Assembly (NCBI GenBank): GCA_001189075.1
Contig: LFCN01000006.1
Coordinates: 17,605-81,604 of the forward strand
Direction: 5' to 3'
DNA: 64,000 bases
Origin: Parcubacteria bacterium C7867-004
GTDB taxonomy: Bacteria > Patescibacteriota > Minisyncoccia > Phycocordibacterales > Phycocordibacteraceae
Each line of letters opens with the position of its first letter. The stretch's first letter is position 1. Below are positions 10,141 through 18,415 of the stretch, piece after piece. The position numbers and the translations under genes are program-made. The notes beneath the pieces were generated by a model, which saw only the letters and a program-made list of their open reading frames with translations, searched no databases and was not told where the DNA came from.

Positions 10141-11826
10141 CTACATCTTCTCCGGAACCGGAATACCAAGAAGCGTGAGGCCGTTCTCCATCGTCGTAAC
10201 GAAAGCAGCAGCGAGCGCCAGCTTGTACCCCTCATACTCCCCTCCACGGATGCGCTCGTTCGCATAAAAAGAATTCCATTCGCCGGCAAGCTGGGTGAGA
10301 TACTGCACTACCGTATGCGGAGCGCGGAACGCTTCTGCGCGACGTACGGTTTCCGGATACCTCATGAGAAGGCGTTCGAGTTCGAACGCGGCCTCCGGAG
10401 CATCACTCGTATCGGGCTTCATTTCCGACTGCGCGATAACTGACTTGGCGCGCACGAGTGCGTACTGAAGATACGGACCAGAATCTCCTTCAAGAGAAAG
10501 TGATTTCTCGGGATCGAATGCGACGTTCGAACCGGGAGCTGCTCGGAGAATCATGTATTTGAGAGCGCCGATTGCGACTTGCTCGGCCACGAGCGGGTCC
10601 GCGTTGCGCGCTGCGGTAACCGTAAGCAATTCCTGGATCAGTTCCGACGCGGTTATTACGTTGCCCTTGCGGGACGACATCTTTCCGGTCGTGAGCTGCA
10701 GCAAGCCGTGGGCAAGGTGCGACGTCTTCTTCCCGAGTACCGGAGCGATATCTTCGAGTGCGGCGAGTACGACATTGAAATGTCCTATCTGCTCGACGGC
10801 CGTGATGATGATCACGCTGTCAGTTTCCGCGCGCATCTCCTTCAGGTATGCAAGGCCGAGATCCTTAGTCTCATAGGTCGGTGTTCCGCGCGAGGTGACG
10901 AACACGAGCGTGTGCAATCCTTTCTTCTCGCCCTTGTATACGATTGCACCTTCACTCTCTTCGAGGATCCCCTTCTCAACCGCGCTTGCTACCGCCTCAA
11001 GTCCTGGCTTCGTCGTATCGCTATCGAAGAACGTGTAATCAAACCTGGTACCCAGAAGACCGAAAATACGATTGAACTCCTCCATCGACACTTCTCTGCC
11101 CCGTTGCCATAGATGCAGCAACGCGCGATCTTCCTCAGATAGACCCGCGGGGTCGTCTTGCTTCCCGACGACGTCATAGATGCGGACATTGAGCGCATCT
11201 ATCTCAGCTTTGGCCTCTTCGCTTTCTTCATAGGCATTTGATCCCTGCATGTATGCCTTTCCTATCTCCTGCGCTGATGCGGGTTCGGTAACGCCATCAA
11301 GCCTGAGCGCCCAAAGCGCTTTTGCTACCTGAGGACCCACGTCTCCGCCGAACGTATCGCGCAGCACAGTAGCGCCCGATGCTTCGATGAGACGCGAGAT
11401 CGACTCGCCGATGACTGCTCCCATCAGGTGCCCGATATGCATCTCCTTGAACGGGTTCGGGTTGCCATACTCAACCATGATGCGCTGACCTGCATTCGCA
11501 GTTCCCAATCCCCAGTTGGCTCCCCCATCTGCAGCGCTCGCTATCTGCTTGGTAACGACCGCGCGGGCGAGCGTGATGTTCACGAAACCGGGTCCTGCTG
11601 CTTCAACGGTGGAGACCAGTTCTCCGAGCGAATCCTTGAGCATGCTGGCGAGCTCGTCAGCAATATCCCGCGGACTTCTTCCAAGCACCTTCGCGCTAGC
11701 GAGGGCGGCGTTCGTCGCAAAGTCCCCGTTCGCAAGCGTTGCCGGCCACTCGATAGCGAAGTCGACCTCACCCGCTCCGAGCGAGATGAGCGCTTCCTTT
11801 ACTGAGGCTCTCAGAGTCTCTTCCAT
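10141..11826 (-). CDS. argS: Arginyl-tRNA synthetase
   Basis: GDFATN, GPGFVN, VEYGNPNPFKEMHIGH, GKMSSRKG, EGDSGPYLQYA. Confidence 0.96.
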   Translation of the reverse strand: MEETLRASVKEALISLGAGEVDFAIEWPATLANGDFATNAALASAKVLGRSPRDIADELASMLKDSLGELVSTVEAAGPGFVNITLARAVVTKQIASAADGGANWGLGTANAGQRIMVEYGNPNPFKEMHIGHLMGAVIGESISRLIEASGATVLRDTFGGDVGPQVAKALWALRLDGVTEPASAQEIGKAYMQGSNAYEESEEAKAEIDALNVRIYDVVGKQDDPAGLSEEDRALLHLWQRGREVSMEEFNRIFGLLGTRFDYTFFDSDTTKPGLEAVASAVEKGILEESEGAIVYKGEKKGLHTLVFVTSRGTPTYETKDLGLAYLKEMRAETDSVIIITAVEQIGHFNVVLAALEDIAPVLGKKTSHLAHGLLQLTTGKMSSRKGNVITASELIQELLTVTAARNADPLVAEQVAIGALKYMILRAAPGSNVAFDPEKSLSLEGDSGPYLQYALVRAKSVIAQSEMKPDTSDAPEAAFELERLLMRYPETVRRAEAFRAPHTVVQYLTQLAGEWNSFYANERIRGGEYEGYKLALAAAFVTTMENGLTLLGIPVPEKM

Positions 11827-11840
11827 GCGGCGAGTGTAAC

Positions 11841-11877
11841 AGAAAACAGCCGGGCGCGAAGCGTCCGGCTGTTTTCT
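11841..11877. terminator. Bidirectional intrinsic terminator
   Basis: AGAAAACAGCCGGGCGC-GAA-GCGTCCGGCTGTTTTCT inverted repeat with A/T tails. Confidence 0.75.
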
Positions 11878-11895
11878 TGATGACTACTGCCTTGT

Positions 11896-12036
11896 CTAGG
11901 AGGACTGTCCGTATGCGGCCGACTGTCCGTACGACTGCGTATTCTGCGAGAACGCGTACATGAGTGAACCGACAATTGCGAGTCCTACCAGGAGTATCGC
12001 TGCCGATTCGGTAAGGGTCTTTCCGAGGGTATTCAT
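11896..12036 (-). CDS. Small single-pass membrane protein (46 aa)
   Basis: Manual translation: MNTLGKTLTESAAILLVGLAIVGSLMYAFSQNTQSYGQSAAYGQSS*. One TM helix; followed by a terminator. Confidence 0.65.
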   Translation of the reverse strand: MNTLGKTLTESAAILLVGLAIVGSLMYAFSQNTQSYGQSAAYGQSS

Positions 12037-12113
12037 AGGATGCGAGTGGTTAGGCTCGTAAACTCACGACACTCGTAGTTAACCAGAGTGCGCCTGAAAT
12101 ATTCGTGAGGAAC

Positions 12114-13415
12114 CTACACGAACGAAGCAGGTACCGGATGCGACTCAGCGAGCGCTCGGATCGCCTCCTTTGCCGAAGCAACGGTCTCGTCGTCACGCTT
12201 AGTGAGCACGTCGAGCATGAGGCGCGCGACCTGCTTGGAATCGTCTTCCATAAATCCACGCGTTGTTATCGCCGGGGTACCGAAGCGTATGCCCGACGGA
12301 TCGAATGGTTTGCGCGTATCGTCAGCGATGGAGTTCTTGTTCAGCGTGATGCCTGCGCGATCAAGCAGCGTCTCCGCTTCCCCGCCTGATATACCGAGCG
12401 AGCCGAATACGTCTGCGAGCAAGAGATGGTTGTCGGTGCCGCCGGCAATAAGCCTGACACCGCCTTCCGTGAATACCTCAGCCATTGCTTGAGCATTCTT
12501 CACAACCTGATGCGCATAGTCCTTGAACGCAGGAGTCGAGGCTTCCGAGAGCATTACGGCTTTCGCCGCTATCTGATGCATGTGCGGGCCGCCCTGGAAT
12601 CCTGGGAAGACGCTGCGGTCAACCAGCGTCGGAAGATTCTGTATGGTCTTTTCAGGCGCCTTGAGCGGAGACGAGACCGTTCCTTTCGTGAGTATCATGC
12701 CGCCGCGCGGCCCGCGCAGCGTCTTGTGCGTGGTTGTGGTGACAATATCGAAACCGTGATCGAACGGGTTCTCCGCCGCTCCTCCGGCGATGAGGCCAGC
12801 AATGTGCGCGACGTCCGCCATTGCGACTGCACCAACCTCATGCGCGATGTCGGCGATACGCTTCCAGTCGAGCGAGCGCGGGTACCCGGAGAATCCGCCG
12901 AGCACGATCTTCGGTCGTTCCCGCTTGGCGGTCTCGAGCATCAGGTCGTAATCGATCTCTCCGGTATCGGGATCCTTCATGCCGTACCGCGTGAAGCGGA
13001 ACAGCTTCGCGATGTAGGTTACAGGAGCACCATGTGTGAGATGTCCCCCATGCGATAGATCCATGCCGAGGATCGCATCTCCAGGCTCGAGCCAGGAGAA
13101 GTACGCGGCGATGTTCGCCGCAGCGCCGCCGAGCGGCTGCACGTTCGCGTGGTCACAGCGGAAGAGTGCCTTCGCGCGCTCAATAGCGAGATTCTCTATC
13201 TGGTCCGTGTATTCCTGGCCGCCGTAGTAGCGTTTTCCCGGATACCCTTCCGAGTACTTGTTCGTGAGTACGCTTCCCATCGCTTCGCGTACTGCCCGCG
13301 AGACGTAATTCTCTGAGGGAATGAGCTCAAGCCCTTCCCGCTCGCGCTTCTCTTCGCCTTCAATTAGGTCGTACAATTCTCGGTCTTCTTGCTTGATATG
13401 GGTGTAGGAATCCAT
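12114..13415 (-). CDS. glyA: Serine hydroxymethyltransferase
   Basis: LIPSENY, NKYSEGYPGKRYYGG, GGHLTHG, TTTHKTLRGPRGG (PLP lysine). Confidence 0.97.
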   Translation of the reverse strand: MDSYTHIKQEDRELYDLIEGEEKREREGLELIPSENYVSRAVREAMGSVLTNKYSEGYPGKRYYGGQEYTDQIENLAIERAKALFRCDHANVQPLGGAAANIAAYFSWLEPGDAILGMDLSHGGHLTHGAPVTYIAKLFRFTRYGMKDPDTGEIDYDLMLETAKRERPKIVLGGFSGYPRSLDWKRIADIAHEVGAVAMADVAHIAGLIAGGAAENPFDHGFDIVTTTTHKTLRGPRGGMILTKGTVSSPLKAPEKTIQNLPTLVDRSVFPGFQGGPHMHQIAAKAVMLSEASTPAFKDYAHQVVKNAQAMAEVFTEGGVRLIAGGTDNHLLLADVFGSLGISGGEAETLLDRAGITLNKNSIADDTRKPFDPSGIRFGTPAITTRGFMEDDSKQVARLMLDVLTKRDDETVASAKEAIRALAESHPVPASFV

Positions 13416-13457
13416 GCTGGTGGTGTTCGTTTGATAAAAGCCGCTCGGATTCCTATC

Positions 13458-14138
13458 TCATAATCCCTTGAGTATAGACCAAATATCCTCGTGAATCTCC
13501 TCCCGCGTCCGTATGACCCCGTCCCATACACACTCGATCGCCTTCCAGTTCTCATTCCTCTCGGCGAGCATCTCAGCGGAAGAGAACGAATGCTCCATAT
13601 ACCGCATATCGGCTTCTACGGTATCAACCCCTCCTCCCTGCGCCTCGTTCTTCACGCTCCGCTCGCGAGCAAGCAAATCGAGCGATACCTCAAGCGGGAC
13701 ACGCAGATACAAAACAAGGTCCGGACGCGGAACCCTGAGCACCTCATGCTCCATCCGGTCGAGCCAGGTAAGGAATACTTGCCTCTCTGCATCATCCTCT
13801 ATCTTTCCGCCTTGGTGTATCTGATTCGAGCTCGTAAAGCGATCCGCGACGATGGTCTCCCCGTTCGAGAGAGCGCGCCGTATCTCCTCCGCGCTTTCAG
13901 CGCGGTCGCAGGCATAGAGCGTCGAAGCTATCTTCGGATCGAGATTCACAAAATCGCCGCGCTTCCCCGCGAGGCATTCGCCGATAAGGCTTCCGAAGAA
14001 GTTCCTATCGTACGCAGGAAAATCCATCTTCCTGGCCGGGCGGCCTTCCGCATTCAAACGTTCAGCGAGCAGTCGCGACTGCGTGGCTTTCCCTGATCCG
14101 TCGAGTCCGTCGAGGACAATGAACCTACCGCTACTCAT
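13458..14138 (-). CDS. tmk: Thymidylate kinase
   Basis: FIVLDGLDGSGKATQ P-loop, DRF motif, PRPDLVLYL. Confidence 0.9.
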   Translation of the reverse strand: MSSGRFIVLDGLDGSGKATQSRLLAERLNAEGRPARKMDFPAYDRNFFGSLIGECLAGKRGDFVNLDPKIASTLYACDRAESAEEIRRALSNGETIVADRFTSSNQIHQGGKIEDDAERQVFLTWLDRMEHEVLRVPRPDLVLYLRVPLEVSLDLLARERSVKNEAQGGGVDTVEADMRYMEHSFSSAEMLAERNENWKAIECVWDGVIRTREEIHEDIWSILKGL

Positions 14139-14563
14139 ACGTCGGTACTTCCTATGCCCCCGCGCGTTGGCTCTTCCATCCGCTCTACCTCCTTCAATGA
14201 GACACGATCGACCGGAAGCACGAGTATCTGCACGAGTCGCTCTCCTTTCGGTATCTCCACCGTCTCGTTCGAGAAATTATAAAGAATCACTTGGTACTCA
14301 TCCCCGTCTCCGCAGAAATCCTCATCGAAGACGCCCACGCCGTTGGCCATCATGAGCCCACGCTTATGGAGCGAGCTGCGTGCGGCCATGAGCACCATGT
14401 GCCCTGCCGGCGGCTTGATAGCGATATTAAGCGGGATGTATCCGATGCTGCGAGCAGGGATCGAAGCGGCAATCCTGGTTACGCAGTCCATCGCGGCTGC
14501 GCGCTCCGTCTTGTATTCCGGAAGCGGAAGATCGATATCGAATCGGCGTATCGGGAGTTCCAT
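14135..14563 (-). CDS. dut: Trimeric dUTPase
   Basis: Motifs I-V: AAMD, ARSS, GVFDEDFCG, GERLVQ, RGGIGST. Start moved to ATG 14563. Confidence 0.9.
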   Translation of the reverse strand: MELPIRRFDIDLPLPEYKTERAAAMDCVTRIAASIPARSIGYIPLNIAIKPPAGHMVLMAARSSLHKRGLMMANGVGVFDEDFCGDGDEYQVILYNFSNETVEIPKGERLVQILVLPVDRVSLKEVERMEEPTRGGIGSTDV

Positions 14564-14573
14564 ACTGAGCATT

Positions 14574-15047
14574 CTATCCGAACTGCTTCCCGACAACATT
14601 CTCGGGATGATTCTTATTAAAAAGCCGCTCGCTCCCTTCGAGCAGATACAGGTTCCGGACACCCGAATCGATCATCACATCCCAGCACGCCGTACACGCC
14701 CACCAATGCCCCCAGAGATACACATCGCCTCCTTCTGGCCTCTGCGCACGCTCCACCACCCTTCGCTCCGCATGGTTCTTCGGGTGGCACCCTTCGCAAA
14801 GCTCGTATCCCTGCCCTGTCGGGATGCCGAGCCTCACACGTTCGCACTTATGGGTCTTGTGGAACTCGCTGCCGTTGGCGGCGCGAGCTACGATGACACC
14901 GTTCTGAATGAGCACCGCTCCGGTGGGCATGCTGGTATCGAGCGAATGGAGTCTGGCCTCCTCTTTAGCTGCCTGCATGAAGGCATTGTCCTCTCCGACA
15001 TAGAGGATGGCGCGGTCAGGGGGAAGATACGGATAGTCGAAAGCCAT
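14574..15047 (-). CDS. Zn-dependent dCMP deaminase-family protein
   Basis: GAVLIQNG, CERVRLGIPTGQGYELC (dCMP-deaminase-type insert), HAE and CxxC (WWACTAC) Zn ligands. Confidence 0.85.
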   Translation of the reverse strand: MAFDYPYLPPDRAILYVGEDNAFMQAAKEEARLHSLDTSMPTGAVLIQNGVIVARAANGSEFHKTHKCERVRLGIPTGQGYELCEGCHPKNHAERRVVERAQRPEGGDVYLWGHWWACTACWDVMIDSGVRNLYLLEGSERLFNKNHPENVVGKQFG

Positions 15048-15121
15048 AGCGCTTTGGCCGTTATACCACGACCGGGTTTACCCGTTTGCCGCCCTACTCC
15101 TCGGGGGCCTATAATCAACCG

Positions 15122-15958
15122 ATGGCCCGCTTCGATACCCTCTACCAGGAGATGCTCACGCGCATTATGAACGAGGGCGTCCGGGAAATGAGCGAACGCA
15201 CGGGACATGAGACTACCGCTATTCCCGGCCTGCATTTCTCCATCGATATCGAGAAGGAAGGATTCCCGCTCCTCACCCTCCGGAAGATCCCGGTAAAGAT
15301 GTTCGTCGCCGAGCAGATCTGGTTCATCGCAGGAACGCGCAAACCCGCGGATTTCCTCCGCGAGTATACGAAGATCTGGGATAACTTCACGAACCCTGCC
15401 GATGTGGTTACCGTCGCGTACGGCTACCGTTGGCGGAAGCATTTCGGGCGCGACCAGCTCGGCGCGCTTATCGATCTCCTGAAAAAAGAGCCGAGTTCCC
15501 GGCATGGCGTGATAGTCACCTGGGACCCGGCGCAGGACGGACTTTCACTCTTCAAGAAGAAGAACGTCCCGTGTCCGTACTCCTTCACCGTGAACATCAT
15601 CGGCGGAAGACTCCATCTTCATAACATCGTCCGTTCGAACGATATGGTACTGGGCTTCCCGGCCGACGTCGCCGGCTTCGCGCTCCTGCAGCTCATCCTC
15701 GCGCAGAAGCTCGGCGTTACGCCCGGCGTGTACTCGCACTCGATCTCGAATGCGCACGTCTATGACAACCAGTACGACGCAGTGAACGAGCTCATCTCCC
15801 GCAAAGACTCGCACAAGGCCATCCAGGTCACGCTTCCCAAGCACACCTTCGAGCGCGCGGAGAAGAAGGACCGGAAGCTCGCCGAGGAGATGATCAAGAA
15901 CATCAGCGACCAGTACGCGCCTCAGGCCGCTATCACCGGGCTTCACGTAGTGCTATAA
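15122..15958 (+). CDS. thyA: Thymidylate synthase-fold enzyme with dCMP-type active site (putative dCMP methyltransferase)
   Basis: ERTGHET, FPLLTLRK, YGYRWR, DQL, SSR, PC, RSNDMVLG and HVY give the TS fold. It reads PCP instead of PCH and GFPAD instead of GxPFN. Start at ATG 15122. Confidence 0.9.
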   Translation: MARFDTLYQEMLTRIMNEGVREMSERTGHETTAIPGLHFSIDIEKEGFPLLTLRKIPVKMFVAEQIWFIAGTRKPADFLREYTKIWDNFTNPADVVTVAYGYRWRKHFGRDQLGALIDLLKKEPSSRHGVIVTWDPAQDGLSLFKKKNVPCPYSFTVNIIGGRLHLHNIVRSNDMVLGFPADVAGFALLQLILAQKLGVTPGVYSHSISNAHVYDNQYDAVNELISRKDSHKAIQVTLPKHTFERAEKKDRKLAEEMIKNISDQYAPQAAITGLHVVL

Positions 15959-15965
15959 CTCCCCT

Positions 15966-16601
15966 ATGGCTATCCTCACTAAGTCCGAGATCCTTGAGCG
16001 CATCGAGAGCGGCAACCTATCGTTCGCGCCGAGTCTCGATAGCTTCCAGCTCCAGATGCACGCGGTTGACCTCCGTCTCGGATTCACGTTCCTCGTACCG
16101 AAATCATGGCGCTTAACGGATAACGGCCGCGAGGCGATAAGCATCGATCCCTTGAAGGGGCACGGCTCCGAATACTTCGACGTCATAGAGCTCGAGCAAG
16201 GCCAGTACTTCGAACTCCTGCCCGAGGAATACGTCCTCGTCTCTACGTTTGAGACCATTAGCGTTCCGAACGACCTCATGGCGGTACTCTATCCCCGCTC
16301 TTCAGTGAACCGCAAAGGGCTTTCGGTCGATCTCACCGGCATCATCGATTCGGGATACCAGGGCCCACTTACACTCCCGATCCGGAACAATACCCGCTCA
16401 CAGGTGATACGCCTCCATCCGGGAGAGCGGTTCTGCCAGCTCGTGTTCGAGGAGCTCGCAACCCCCGTAAAGCAGGTAAAGAAAAGTCGTTGGCACCAGA
16501 AGGATGTCGTCGATAAAGGAAAGAAGGAGAAGTCTAACGAGATGAAGCTCGTCTTCAGCGGCGACCTTAAGAAGCTGAAGAAGGATCACCCGGTACGGTA
16601 G
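15966..16601 (+). CDS. dcd: dCTP deaminase/dUTPase-superfamily protein lacking the catalytic Glu
   Basis: VDLRLG, PRSSVNRKGL, IIDSGYQG, GERFCQLVF. The E. coli Glu138 position is Pro. Confidence 0.8.
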   Translation: MAILTKSEILERIESGNLSFAPSLDSFQLQMHAVDLRLGFTFLVPKSWRLTDNGREAISIDPLKGHGSEYFDVIELEQGQYFELLPEEYVLVSTFETISVPNDLMAVLYPRSSVNRKGLSVDLTGIIDSGYQGPLTLPIRNNTRSQVIRLHPGERFCQLVFEELATPVKQVKKSRWHQKDVVDKGKKEKSNEMKLVFSGDLKKLKKDHPVR

Positions 16602-16603
16602 CC

Positions 16604-17101
16604 ATGTCTCGCCTGAGCTTCATCGCCGCTATCGGAGAGCGCTCGCGCGTCCTCGGGAAAGACGGAGGGCTCGTCTGGGATCTACCAGGAGACCTCGCGC
16701 GTTTCCGTTCCATTACGAAAGGCCATCCCGTTATCATGGGTCGCAAGACCTGGGAATCAATCCCCTTGAAGCATCGACCGATGCCAGCTCGCGCGAATAT
16801 CGTCGTTACACGTGATGCCGCCTATGACGCGCCCGGCGGAATCGTGTGCACCTCTCTTCCCGAGGCCATCGAGCGGGCCAAGAGCGAAGCGGGCGCCGAA
16901 GAGATATTTATCATCGGCGGCACCCGTCTCTTCGAAGAAGCGATGCCTATCGCCGATCGCCTCTATCTCACGCTCGTTGATGATGATGCCGAGGGCGATG
17001 TCTTCTTCCCGCCCTATCCCGACTTCACAAAGATGATCTTCGAAGAAGCGCATGAGGAGAACGGCATCCGCTACCGCTTCGTTGATCTCGAGAGAGAATA
17101 A
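16604..17101 (+). CDS. folA: Dihydrofolate reductase
   Basis: LGKDGGLVWDLPGDLARF, VIMGRKTWESI, RANIVVTR, FIIGG, EGDVFFP. Confidence 0.96.
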   Translation: MSRLSFIAAIGERSRVLGKDGGLVWDLPGDLARFRSITKGHPVIMGRKTWESIPLKHRPMPARANIVVTRDAAYDAPGGIVCTSLPEAIERAKSEAGAEEIFIIGGTRLFEEAMPIADRLYLTLVDDDAEGDVFFPPYPDFTKMIFEEAHEENGIRYRFVDLERE

Positions 17102-17134
17102 AAGAAAAGCCCCGCACTGCGGGGCTTTTCTTTT
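17100..17134. terminator. Bidirectional terminator between convergent folA and rplK
   Basis: AAAAGAAAAGCCCCGCA-C-TGCGGGGCTTTTCTTTT. Confidence 0.85.
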
Positions 17135-17147
17135 ACGTACGGAATAC

Positions 17148-17567
17148 TTACGCGACCGTCACGCCCATGGACTTCGCGGTACCCTCAACCATGCGCTCCG
17201 CAGCCTCGATGGAGCCTGCGTTGAGGTCCGGCATCTTCTGCTCTGCGATCTGGCGAACCTGATCCTTGGAGAGTGTGCCGACCTTCGAGAACGGGGTCTT
17301 ACCTGATCCCTTGTCGAGGCCGAGTGCCTTGAGGATGAGACGCGGCATCGGGGACACCTTGAGGATGAAGGTGAAGGTGCGGTCGTCATAGACGGTCATC
17401 TCAACCGGGATAATGACGCCCATCTGGTCGCGAGTCTGCTCGTTGAACTTATTGACGAAATCGCCAATGTTAACGCCGGCAGGTCCGAGCACGGTACCGA
17501 CTGGAGGAGCCGGGGTAGCCTTGCCGCCCGGTATCTGGAGCTTGATCTTCTTAATTGCTTTTGCCAT
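17148..17567 (-). CDS. rplK: 50S ribosomal protein L11
   Basis: [20 protein letters not shown]...KMPDLNA...GTAKSMG. Confidence 0.97.
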   Translation of the reverse strand: MAKAIKKIKLQIPGGKATPAPPVGTVLGPAGVNIGDFVNKFNEQTRDQMGVIIPVEMTVYDDRTFTFILKVSPMPRLILKALGLDKGSGKTPFSKVGTLSKDQVRQIAEQKMPDLNAGSIEAAERMVEGTAKSMGVTVA

Positions 17568-17590
17568 ATGAATTGCTTAGAGACTCTACG

Positions 17591-18160
17591 TTATAGCTTC
17601 CTGATTTGCAAAAAGTCGAGCTCGACGGGGGTCTCGCGACCGAACATCGCGACCATGACCTTCACCTTGCCGCGCTCCTCGTCTATCTCCCCTACCTTGC
17701 CCTCGAGATCCTTGAACGGACCGTCCGCGATGACGATAGGATCATCCTTCATGAGGTCGATGCGATGCTTCGGCACGTCAGCACCCATGCGCTTCATGAG
17801 TGTGTTCACTTCAGATTCTTCCATCGGGACCGGCGTGGTTCCTGAGCCGACGAAGCCGGTTACGCGCGGAGTGTTGCGGACAACGAACCACGAATCCTCA
17901 TCTACAATCATGCGGACCAGAATGTAGCCCGGGTAGATCTTCTCCTCCTCGACGATGCGCTTTCCGCTCTTTACGCGGATCTTCTTCTCGGTCGGTACCA
18001 CAACCTCGAATATCTTGTTCTCCATACCGAGACTCTCGATGCGCTGCTTGAGGTTACGCTCAACGGCGTTCTCGTAGCCGGCGTAGGTGTGAATGGTGTA
18101 CCAGCGCGGGGTAAGATCCTGCGCCTCGTCGGAGAAATGGGGTACGGTCTTCATGTCCAT
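17591..18160 (-). CDS. nusG: Transcription termination/antitermination factor NusG
   Basis: WYTIHTYAGYE, YPGYILV, VRNTPRVTGFVG, KOW motif DGPF, FGRETPVELDF. Confidence 0.97.
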   Translation of the reverse strand: MDMKTVPHFSDEAQDLTPRWYTIHTYAGYENAVERNLKQRIESLGMENKIFEVVVPTEKKIRVKSGKRIVEEEKIYPGYILVRMIVDEDSWFVVRNTPRVTGFVGSGTTPVPMEESEVNTLMKRMGADVPKHRIDLMKDDPIVIADGPFKDLEGKVGEIDEERGKVKVMVAMFGRETPVELDFLQIRKL

Positions 18161-18184
18161 AACGGAAGTGGTGAGCGGATAAGA

Positions 18185-18370
18185 TTAGTAGCCCAGGATG
18201 AGCTTGTTCACGATTCCTCCGAACGCGTAGTCGAGCGCAGCGATGAAGAGCGCGACCAGAGCCGAGATAAGAATGATGAGCCCCGTATGGAGGATGGCCT
18301 GATTCCGATCCGGCCAGACGACGTGGGTCATCTCGCCTCGAACGTTTCGCAGATAGGTGAAGAGTTTCAT
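18185..18370 (-). CDS. secE: Preprotein translocase subunit SecE
   Basis: EMTHVVWP plus one TM helix; canonical position upstream of nusG. Confidence 0.93.
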   Translation of the reverse strand: MKLFTYLRNVRGEMTHVVWPDRNQAILHTGLIILISALVALFIAALDYAFGGIVNKLILGY

Positions 18371-18415
18371 ACGAGTTTTCCAAATAAAAAAGCCCCGCGG
18401 GCCTTATATGCGCAC

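Noticed and set aside
14343-15505. 275-aa and 205-aa ORFs crossing the deaminase/thyA junction
   Set aside because: They overlap well-supported genes on the opposite strands and have no recognisable domain.
12114-17101. Nucleotide cluster as a prophage DNA-modification module
   Set aside because: No phage structural, replication or glycosyltransferase genes nearby; flanked by argS and rplK-nusG and similar to host genes in style. Phage ancestry of individual genes is not excluded.
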